From: Zygnema circumcarinatum SAG 698-1b | Lineage: Eukaryota > Plantae > Zygnematophyceae | Assembly (NCBI GenBank): GCA_037447605.1 | Contig: CM074806.1 | Span: forward strand, 1,922,001 to 1,986,000 | DNA: 64,000 nucleotides | Reading direction: 5' to 3' | Shown here: positions 1 through 9,800 of the stretch, piece after piece | How the letters are laid out: each line of letters starts with the position of its first letter | Position numbering within the stretch: the first letter of the stretch is position 1 | The notes under the pieces: generated by a model | Told to the model about the DNA's origin: nothing | Databases searched by the model: none | The model's input: the letters and a program-made list of their open reading frames with translations, nothing else | Position numbers and translations under genes: made by a program

Positions 1-657
1 GCCAGAAGCCAGAAGCCAGAAGCCAGAAGCCAGAAGCCAGAAGCCAGAAGCTGAAGCCAGAAGCCAGAAGCCAGAAGCCAGAAGCCAGAAGCCAGAAGCC
101 AGAAGCTGAAGCCAGAAGCCAGAAGCCAGAAGCCAGAAGCTGTGAAGCCAGAAGCTGTGAAGCCAGAAGCTAGAAGCCAGGAAGCCAGAAGCCAGAAGCC
201 AGAAGCCAGCAGCCAGACGGCAGAAGACAGGAGCGAGAAGCCAGACGCCAGAAGCCAGAAGCCAGAAGCTAGAAGCTGTGAAGCCAGAAGCTAGAAGCCA
301 GAAGCCAGAAGCTGTGAAGCCAGAAGCTAGAAGCTAGAAGCCAGAAGCTAGAAGCCAGAAGCTAGAAGCCAGGAAGCCAGAAGCCAGAAGCCAGAAGCTG
401 TAGCCAGAAGCCAGAAGCCAGAAGCCAGAAGCCAGAAGCCAGAAGCCAGAAGCCAGCTGTGAAGCCAGAAGCCAGAAGGCCAGAAGCCAGAAGCCAGAAG
501 CCAGAAGCCAGAAGCCAGAAGCCAGAAGCCAGAAGCCAGAAGCCAGAAGCCAGAAGCCAGAAGCCAGAAGCCAGAAGCCAGAAGCCAGAAGCCAGAAGCC
601 AGAAGCCAGAAGCCAGAAGCAAGCAGCAAGCAGCAAGCATCAAGAAGCAAGAAGCCT
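1..657. repeat. 7-bp tandem array (GCCAGAA)n / (TTCTGGC)n with variant units
   Basis: Near-continuous GCCAGAA units from base 1 to about 618, with variants GCTAGAA, GCTGAA and GCTGTGAA. It decays into GCAAGCA-type units at about 619-657. The array runs off the window edge. Confidence 0.97.
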
Positions 658-1329
658 CTTGACAACAAAGAGAGAAATCAGCCTATGGAGAATAGACATA
701 CGTGTCTGTCTATGGCGGAAACACGACCAATCAGACAGAGCTGAGCTTTGAAACATTCCTGACAGCAGCCAGACTCATTCTGGGTCTAGCTCTACTTTTC
801 AAGATTAATGTATCAACTGTGCAGAAATGTGCCTTGATGCGGAATTAGCAAAAAATGGAGCTCAGTGTCTGCAAGCACGTAATTACTTTCGAATGCAGCC
901 CCTGAACGTTCTCAAGGTGCAGGTGCAGGAATGGATTGAGCACTTAGTGGCGTCGGGGGACAAAACAGACTTCCCTCGAAATGTATTTTCTCTCACAGTC
1001 GTGAATGGGGGGCCATACACAATTGTGATTTGTAATGCTTTAGCTCACCCGTTCAACATACATATCCTCTCAATTTCTCAGTAATGGATTCAGCTGAACT
1101 TGATCTTCATGCTCTTTGTTGGAAACAATTCAGAAGTTGTTCCATGTGTACCTGCTGTTGAGAAAGTACATCACCGAGCACAAGATGGCTTACGAACGAG
1201 AGTGCCCAATTGCTGGTGTGCAGATTATGAAGGCACCAGCATTAGTGGAGCATTAGTGGAGCACCAGCAACAAGAGGGCTCGTCGATCCATACTGTTGCC
1301 GGAGAGTGTTGCTAGTACTACCAAACCTG

Positions 1330-1800
1330 GGAGAAGACGACGCAGAAAGGGAACGGAAGCCTCCGGCCGTGGAATTGCGAGGCAAACGCCGCGAATGACG
1401 TTGCCGCGAAAGGTAGGGAAAGGAGGGGACGAGAAGGGAGGGGGGAGGTGGCGGCTGCAGTGGCGGCGTCCGTCGCCTCCTGCAAACCCTAAAAAATTGT
1501 CGACGGTGACGCGCGTACGGTAACCGCGGTGGGCCACGGCGGACGCTTCAAATCGTGCACGTGGCGATCGCTGATTGGAAAACGGCGTTTTGATGGAACT
1601 CGTCATTTTATCTACAAAACGGCGTCCTACGTGGACCGTAATGAGCTCGTTACGAAACGGGCTGATGGAGACTGGCCCTAAGGAGCGCGAAGCGCGGAAA
1701 GTGAACGGAGGCGCGACGCGACAAATGTTCGCGAGCGCGACGCGGAACTGAAACTAAAGTCAAACTTCAGTCGGGCGCGCGGAAGGTTTCGCGCACACCG
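1330..1800 (-). promoter_or_regulatory. CpG-rich promoter-like region with telo-box and E2F-like sites, probably driving a leftward transcript
   Basis: AAACCCTAA at 1484-1492; TTTCGCGG on the minus strand at 1404-1411; TTTCGCGC at 1787-1794. The minus strand is pyrimidine-rich (leader-like) and ends in a candidate donor CAG|GTTTGG near 1327. No CDS was identified. Confidence 0.4.
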
Positions 1801-2232
1801 AGAAAGCCGCGTTTCGAAAACGCGCGCGACGAAGGAGAGCGGAGGCGCACTCACTCTGAGTGCGCTCCCCTCCCACTGAGCCTTGCCGCGCTGTGTAGAG
1901 AAGTCTGCACTGAGGCGCACTAAGGCGCACTGAGCATGCGACGGCGGTTACGCGCCCACGTAGGTGCATGTTCAGCCCTTGCATGCTGGCAGCCGTGACC
2001 GGGTCACGGCCCGGCGAGCTACATAAGCTGCTCCGCGGGGAGAAGCTTATCATCCAGAATCACCCGAGCCTTTGTGGGGAGGCTCATGCCTACTGCTACT
2101 GCACTAGGGAGCAGTGCTTCCCGAGTGTGGGTAGCTGTCTGAGGAAGGGTGTGGATGCCACTGGTTGGCAACCAGTCGAATGGTTGTTTCGGTCTGCAAC
2201 CACTGGTTGGCAACCAGTCGAATGGTTGTTCC

Positions 2233-5200
2233 TGTTGAGAATCCGACATTCTCAATTTTGTCGTACTATTTTGTCGTTTTCCCAGCCACATGTACTTACA
2301 CCTGGCTGTCCTTTTAGCTTATACTTTTTCTGTTAGTTTAGTTGTACTTTTGCGGCTCTGTGCTTCACACCTAGCCGCCCTTGCTCTGGCTAGTTCCACG
2401 CTCTTTTGTCGTGTAGCTCTAGCCGCAATGTATATAAAACAGATTAGGACATTGTACTCTTCACCACGTTAATCACACATCTGTCTTTTTGTGTCAACTC
2501 TCTCTGTCCTCACTTTGATCGTACAATGTCCACTCCGTCTTTTTTAATAGGTTATGGGCCCACTCATGCCTCAAATGCGCTTGAAAAATTTGATGGGACA
2601 AACTGGCACGACTGGAAGTTTCAGTGCCAACAGCTTTTTGAGGAAGAGAATCTGTGGTCTGTCGTTACTGNNNNNNNNNNAGAGTTCCAAGCCCGTGCAG
2701 AGACCCTTCTCGGTCGCCGCATCAAGACCCTTCGCACTGATAACGGCGGCGAGTTTATGTCCACCGCCTTCTCCAAATACCTTCGCCTTCACGGCATCAC
2801 CCATCAGACTACCGCTCCCTACACCCCCCAGCAAAATGGAGTCGCCGAGCGGTTTAACCGCACCATTCTCGACATGGCTCGCTCTATGCTTCATTTTGCC
2901 GACCTCCCTATGGCCTTCTGGGCGGAAGCCATCTCCACGGCCACTTACCTTCGGAACCTTTCCCCCACCTCTGCCCTTCCTCACAGCACTCCCACCAGGC
3001 CTGGCAGGGTAGCCTTTGTTTTCCCACCTCCGCATTTGGCTGCCAGGCCTGGTACAAAGACTCTGCCCATTGTTTGCAGCTGGGATTTGGGTTGCACGTG
3101 GCATTCTCTTGGCTACGCTGCTTATGTCATTGCTTATCGCACTCTGGTGTTGTGCGATGAATCGATTGCACTTTCACGCGACGTCTGCATCTCATGAGGC
3201 TCTCTCCGTGTGGCTCTCATTTCTTGCCATTATCATCGGCTGCACACCTTGCCACTTCCTCCCCGCTCATCCCAACCCTGCGTTGACCAGTCCCCACCTA
3301 TGTGACGCGCATATCATCCCCCGCCGCCTTGCTGCCCCCCCCATCGGCGCGACTTTCTGTCCCGCCCTTGGTCGCCGCTCCCCCTTCCCCTCCCTTCGGT
3401 GCTCGCCGTCCCTCTGCCCCACCCCTCCTCCCCCGCGCTCCTCTTTCCTCGCCTTCTCTGCTCGACCCCTCTTTCCTGCTTTAGAGGAAGCTTTCCCCTC
3501 ACCTGAGCCGGACGGAACCCTCCCCTCTTGCCTCACAGACCCCCCCTCTCCCCTCCTCTCCGCCTTCTTCGGCCTACCCTACTCCCTCCCCTTTCACCCG
3601 CCGCCTCCCCGCCACACCCCGCCTCGCACTCTCCTCCCTTCCGTTCTCGGCCCCCGCCCCTCACACGCACTCGCGACGGGCTAATCTAATGCGGAAAATT
3701 ATCGACACTGCCGCCCATGCCCTCCTTTCCTCCACCATGGCCTTTGTCGCCTCCTCGTCTGCCCCCCCTACTTTTGCTGCCGCCCTTCGCACCCCTGACG
3801 CAGCCCTCTGGAAAGCTGCCGCTGATGCTGAATTCCTCTCCCTTCAGAAAAACAACACGTGGGACCTGGTTCCCCTCCCACCCGGTCGTCGCGCCATCGG
3901 CTCTAAATGGGTATTTAAAATCAAACAAAAAATCCGACGGTTCGTTGACCGCTATAAAAGCCCTCGCTTTCAGAGCTGCGGGTTCTTCCTTCTCAGCTTA
4001 CCGACTTCACCAAACTTGCGCCCCGGTGGCCAAATCTACCTCCATCTGCCCCTCCTGCTCTCTCCTACCACCCACGCATTGGGGAAATTCAATTAGATGG
4101 ATGTCAAAACCGCATTCCTTTACGGGACCTTCAAGAAACGATTTTTATATAAAAGCGGCCCGGCGGGTATGTCACTCCGGCACGAACACCTCTTACAACA
4201 TCAACAAATCCGTCTGACCTCCAGAGCGAAAGCACCATCGTCACGGAACCGCGCACGGATATTTGCATGGCGCTGTTAGCGGCTTCCGCTGCGCATCGGC
4301 GCCCGATTTACGGCATCTATGCCCGTGGCCACGGTCGGACCCTCACCATCCTTGCGGTTTACGTTGATGACCTCATTATCTGTGGTCCCTCCCTTTCCCC
4401 CATTTCGGATGTCAAACAGCTCCTTCGCAGCCATTTTGACATGACGGACCTCGGCGAACTGCAATGGTGTCTCGGGATTCACGTCATTCGAGATCGGCGT
4501 CCGGAATCTTTCACTGCATGTCAGTAAAGGTATGTTTCTACTCTCCTGACCATTTGCATGGCCGCCTCAACCCCATCTCCACCCCCGACGCTCACATTCA
4601 TCTTGCATTCCTTGTGGCCGGGCTCCCCACTCCCACGGAGGCTGCCACTTACCCATCCATCGTGGGGATCCCATGTATTTAATGCCGCGGTACTCGCCCG
4701 ACTCTAGTTGCCGCTGCCGGGCAAATTTCAGCCTAATACCTTCACCGCCCCTCCTCTGCTCACTTCAGCGCTGCCAAGCGTGTCCTTCGTTACCTTCAGG
4801 GCACCAAGGCCCTGAGCCTTACCTTCTCCTCTGGCTCCCCCACCCTTGTTGGCTATTGTGACTCTGACTGGGGCAGTGACCCCGACACAAGGCGTTCGGT
4901 TACTGGCTCGTGTTTTTCTCTGGGCAGTGGCCTTATTTCATGGTCCTCTCGGAAGCAGCCTACTGTGGCCACATCCTCCACTGAAGCAGAGTATATGGCC
5001 GCCTCCACTGCTGCCAAAGAGGTTGTTTGGCTCCGATCCCTCCTCTCCAACCTCAACTTTCCTCCCCCTCACGCTACCACCGTCTTCACGGACTCTCAAG
5101 GTGCCCTTGCCCTCATGCAAAACCCCGTGCACCATCAACGTACCAAACACATCGACATTCAGTTCCACTTCACTCGGGACAAGATCGAAGACGGCACCCT

Positions 5201-5639
5201 TACCTTCCTCTACTGTCCTACCGGCAAGCAGACCGCCGATTTTCTTACCAAGGCCTTACATCGGCCAGCTTTTGAGCTTCACCGCTCTTCTGCCGGACTC
5301 CACACTTTCGAATGAGAGGGAGTGTTGAGAATCCGACATTCTCAGTTTTGTTGTACTATTTTGTCGTTTTCCCATCCACGTGTACTTACACCTGGCTGTC
5401 CTTTTAGCTTGTACTTTTTCTGTTAGTTTAGTTGTACTTTTGCGGCTCTGTGCTTCACACCTAGCTGCCCTTGCTCAGGCTAGTTCCACGCTCTTTTGTC
5501 GTGTAGCTCTAACCGCAATGTATATAAAACAGATTAGGACATTGTACTCTTCACCACGTTAATCACACATCTGTCTTTTTGTGTCAACTTTCTCTGTCCT
5601 CACTTTGATCGTACAATGTCCACTCCGTCTTTTTCAATA
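2233..5639 (+). mobile_element. Ty1/copia LTR retrotransposon, copy 1 (two LTRs, gapped and frameshifted internal region)
   Basis: LTRs at 2233-2549 and 5323-5639 are 317 bp each, with about 10 differences counted by eye. PBS GGTTATGGGCCCAC at 2550-2563; PPT GAGAGGGAG at 5314-5322. Domain order is gag (EKFDGTNWHDWKF), integrase (RTDNGGEF; TPQQNGVAERFNRT), RT (MDVKTAFLYG; YVDDLII), RNase H (TEAEYMA; RTKHIDIQFHF; QTADFLTK). N-gap at 2671-2680. Confidence 0.97.
2526..5315 (+). pseudogene. Disrupted gag-pol polyprotein of copia copy 1
   Basis: Motifs are spread over ORFs 2526-3197, 3689-4096, 4097-4279, 4267-4527 and 4965-5315 in different frames. Most of gag and the protease fall in the N-gap. 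Some frameshifts may be sequence errors. Confidence 0.85.
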
Positions 5640-5724
5640 GTTTTGATCTGGCGGCACTGGTTGGCAACCAGTCGAATGGTTATATCCATTAAATCAAATG
5701 GTTGGCAACCATTAAATCACTAGT

Positions 5725-5869
5725 TGTAGCGAACTGAACGCTACAGTTACCAAAATGCCGTCGGCGTTTTGGAGAAAAGTATTACGGTTCAGCCGTACAG
5801 AATCCCCGTACAACCGTACGATTTGGCTGTACGAATCCGTATGCATCTGTACGCATCAGGCTTGTTACA
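5725..5869. mobile_element. 145-bp solo-LTR-like insertion with 5-bp TSD
   Basis: Termini are TGTAGC...GTTACA (TG...CA, imperfect inverted repeat). Flanked by CTAGT at 5720-5724 and 5870-5874. Contains five GTAC cores. It does not resemble the copia LTR. Confidence 0.7.
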
Positions 5870-6235
5870 CTAGTTGTCAACGGTTGGCAACCAACCAAAA
5901 AACACAAACGACCCATTTTTGCAAAAAGGCATAATTTCAGAAATTCAATGGTTGCCAACCATTGGATCACTGGTTCCGAACCAGTCGAATGGTTGTTTCA
6001 GTCTTGCGCCACTGGTTCGCAACCAGTCGAATGGTTGTTTCGATCCGGCGGCACTGGTTGCCAACCATTCGACTGGTTGCCAACCAGTGGCATCCACTGG
6101 TTCCAAACCAGTCGAATGGTTGTTTCGGTCCGCAACCACTGGTTGCCAACCAGTCGACTGGTTTGTCTAATGGTCCGATCTGTGAAACGTTTTCCAGAAG
6201 GAAGGACACATCAAATCGGGCCAAACCCATTCGCT

Positions 6236-6751
6236 AGGGCGTGTGTGTCAGACTTAAAAAAGAAAATCGTTATGCTAAAAACTCGATATCCGTAACATTT
6301 TCAGTAAGCTGAACATCCCCTCGCGCAGTTTGTTCGTTCGCAGCAGTCCGTCGCTTTGCTTTGCCGCTTTGCTTTGCCGCTTTGTCCCCTCCCTCCGCCC
6401 TCCGCCCTCCGCCCTCCGCCCTCCGCCCTCCAACCGGCGCCCGCACAAAGTAACAATCATGACGTCGCCGACGCGCGCACTCGCGCGTGCGAGTCGGATG
6501 GATGGATCTTCCACTCCGAGCGGATCCGGGCAGGCCCTAACATATTTTTGTCTCTAAAAAAAAAAATCAAGGGGATGGGATATCCAAAAGGGGGAGGGGA
6601 TATCATTCTCCTATTCAATAAGATTGAAAATCGAGAAATTAAGTAAAACTCGTTTAACAATTTCTCAACCTCTTCGGTTTTGCGGTAACCTCGGTTTTAA
6701 AACTACTAAAAACTCGATATTCGTAACACTTTGTTAAGTCTGACACGCCCT
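6236..6751. mobile_element. MITE-like element with 18-bp TIRs and subterminal direct repeats
   Basis: Left end AGGGC(GT)4CAGACTTAA; right end reverse-complements to AGGGC(GT)2CAGACTTAA. A 23-bp direct repeat CTAAAAACTCGATATYCGTAACA lies at 6275-6297 and 6706-6728. Internal (GCCCTCC)n at about 6389-6431. No TSD found. Confidence 0.55.
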
Positions 6752-6867
6752 CCTAAAGCAGCAGGCAAGCAGCCTCCCTCCCTCCCTCCTCCAATCCATG
6801 CGGTGCGGGGGACGGCTTGCAGGGCCGCCCCGCTCTGCTCTGCTCTGCGTCCTATTTGCTGCTGCGC

Positions 6868-9800
6868 TTATTTCTTCCTCTTCCTGCCGTCCTTTGCCTC
6901 CTTGCTCTTCTTCGAGCTCGCCCCCTTCTTCCCGCCTTCAGGTTCGGCCGCGGCCTGGAGGAGGTCCGGCGGCAGCAGCGGCTGCACGCACCCGAGCGCG
7001 CCCGCCCTCACGAGCGGCGCGAGCTCGGCCTGTACGGCGGCCCGCGTGGGGGCATGGCGGCACTTCGCCACGGCGGCCACGACCTTCGCACTGCAAGGGA
7101 GGGGGGCAATGCCACAAAGGACCGGGTGTCAACACTCCAATGCATGCAGGCTGCTTGGTGGCAATGAGGAACATGAGCCGCTAGACAGTGTTCCGTAACT
7201 TGTCAACTCATTTCCTGAGATTTCACCTTTCCAACATGTAGGATTCAATGAAGATAAGGGCATAATCTGTGGAGTTCTGCACGAAGTTCTCTGACATTAG
7301 TACTAAGCAGCGCATGTACGAGTGCCTGCGTTATGCGAAAAGTTGCTAGATTTATGCTTCGGAAAAGCCTGTGCCTTATGATACAAAAGCTCATCACCCC
7401 CCCGAGGGTTTACACGCCTCAGCTTCATCAAAATCCTTTCGCCCACACCAGCACACGACACAGCCCTCAAACAGCCCCACGCCGTGACGAAGCACACACC
7501 CAAAAACAGCCCAACCTCAAAGCCATCACCATGCGCCATATCTCCAGCCAATGCCGCGCACCTGTGACCCTCCGCCCAGAGACTGCATCTTCCAGCCATG
7601 GCGTGCTCCCACAGCACCGCCTCAAAGGGCTCCGCCCCACTGCTCTCGGGGGGGAGGGGCGCGTCCTGCACAAGCCGCCGGATTGTGCGACTCGCGAAGA
7701 AATCATCGAGAACATGATGCACCCCCTGCTGCTTGGTCTGCTGCTCCGTACTGCCCCCCTCCTCCCTGCTAAGGGCTGCAGCAGAAGCAGCAGCTTCATC
7801 CTTTTCTGCGGGACGGGGCAATGCGGCTAAGTCCGCAATGGCGCGGTGGACAGCTGGGAGCTCTGCAGCCATGGATTGCCATAACACTCCCCCCACTCCA
7901 CCACAGGCGACCTGTCACAGCCACAATTTGGAGCCATTTTGAACAGTCACTTGTCAGGAAAAGAAACTCAGTACGTTTCATGATGTTGTAAATATCTACT
8001 CAACAAACATATGACAAACGAGGAAAGATTTAGAAACCAAATATCGGAACCAATTGAGAAGTGATGCATCAGAGAGCGAAAATTTAGGTACTATTGCTAG
8101 GCAAAATTCACACCCTCGTTATTAGGATTCAAAAAACCTGCCAACAGCCAAAAGTTGAGCGCAGGCTCGTCGAGCGAGGACGGCAGCCAATAAACCGATT
8201 TCACTGCCACTTGCAACTTAAAGTAAAGCACCTCCCCCGCCTTGCCAAACATTCGTCCGTACATTCTTAAGGGTAGTAACACACCTCATAGATGACGTCA
8301 GTCCCGTGCTGCGAGCGCAGCAGTTCTCCTGCATGCGCTGTGCACATAGCCACCAGCTCCTGTGGAGTATCCCAACCACTCCCCTCTGTCAAGGCCAACA
8401 TTCCCAATCACGCAATAATAGGCAATAAGGGAGAACAAGCTGCAGGGTGCGCCGCCCTTACCGCATCAAGCTTACTCCCATGAAGCAGTTCCCAGCGCCG
8501 CACTTGAGGGTCTTTCTTGCTGATGCCTCCAACAACCCCTTCCCCTTCCTCTTCCTCCTCCTCCTCCTTCTCCTCCTTCTCCTCCTTCTCCTCCTTCTCC
8601 TCCTTCTCCTCCTTCTCCTCCTTCTCCTCCTTCTCCTCCTGCTCCTTTCCGATTTCGCCCTTCTCGCCATCTCCTTTCTCAGCCACAGCAGCTTCAGTTT
8701 CCTCTGCGGCTGCATCGACACACCTTCAGTCACATAAACTGAATGAACTAAAAGGAGGAAAACAGGGCACACCTTGCCATTGAAGCGCATTCACAGCAGT
8801 GTATTTACGGAGACACTATTACGTAAGTCCTAAAACCAATGAAGAAGAAAGCAGCCACGGTGCGCACTGCCTATCCTGCGAGGGCGGAGGCAGCACGTGA
8901 CAAACGAAGCGACCCGCACGTGCCCAAAAGAGCTCACTGGAGATTGGCTGGCTTGGCCCGAGCGCTGCGATGACGTCAGCGGGGAAGTAGCGCGGGACAC
9001 GTGGCGCCAGGAGGTGTAGCACGAGGAGGCGGCCGTACTGCAGCAGCAGGAGGCTCGCAAAGGAGGCTTTAGGGGCTCTGNNNNNNNNNNGGAGGGAGGG
9101 AGGGAGGGAGGGAGGGAGGGAGGGAGGGAGTTGTGAAATTCCTAAGCGGTCATCCATTGGTCCGCACACGCGGCTGCTCCTGTGACCATTGTCACAGGTA
9201 GCTCTGTTCATTCTACCATAATGGTCAAATTACTCCGTCGTTTGTAAATTCAACCACACGGCTGTGTATTAAAGCATTGGGGAGGGCTGGTACAGCTCTA
9301 CCTTGTGGAGAGACAGGTCTAACAGTTCCTTCATAACCTCTGCGATGATCATCTGCATACACAGCCACTTTCTTCTGAGCACTCTGAAACCTTCACCATA
9401 GCTATCTTTCTTCCACGTTTCGCAAATGAGCTGCTTCACTCCATCACTCCATGCTCTTCTTATTAAGCACAGACAATGATGGTTCTCGTGTGATAGCAAA
9501 TCGAACAGTGCATGCGATTCGTTTTGGACGAAGCCTAGTTACAGCAGCCCTGTACCTTTCGCACAAGGAGAGTATCATCCACGACCTCCAAAATCTGTAG
9601 AAGGACCTGCACCACAATAACAATTGGCCATGGAATCAGAAACCTTCTGAAACGTTTTCCAAAACGAGTCGTGGGGGGGGGGGGGGGAGTGGGAAGGAGG
9701 GGAGGCAGGGGGGTCAGTATGAGAAGAGAAAGAAAACGTATTGGCGCTAAGAGCAAGATAAATTTCAAAATGCGTACACGCGCTTACAATTCAGTCTACG

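Larger units (their letters stand above)
2151..6165. repeat. Palindromic minisatellite/MITE-like host element (units of about 42 bp, core CTGGTTGGCAACCAGTCGAATGGTT), split by two insertions
   Basis: Units occur at 2151-2232, 5640-5712 and 5880-6165. 2151-2185 is an exact inverted copy of 6063-6097. About 450 bp remain after removing the copia element and the solo LTR. Confidence 0.75.

Noticed and set aside
334-668. ORFs of repeating LASGFWL / ARSQKPE
   Set aside because: Translation artefacts of the stop-free 7-bp array.
2139-2145. CTGAGGA resembling a hammerhead ribozyme core
   Set aside because: No stem II followed by GAAA and no matching cleavage-site helix.
2290-2472. Small ORFs at 2290-2472, 5380-5562 and 61722-61994
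   Set aside because: They lie within or across the LTR copies; they recur only because the LTR recurs.
2151-6165. Repeats of about 42 bp as a CRISPR array
   Set aside because: Eukaryotic context, no unique spacers, mixed orientations, no cas genes.
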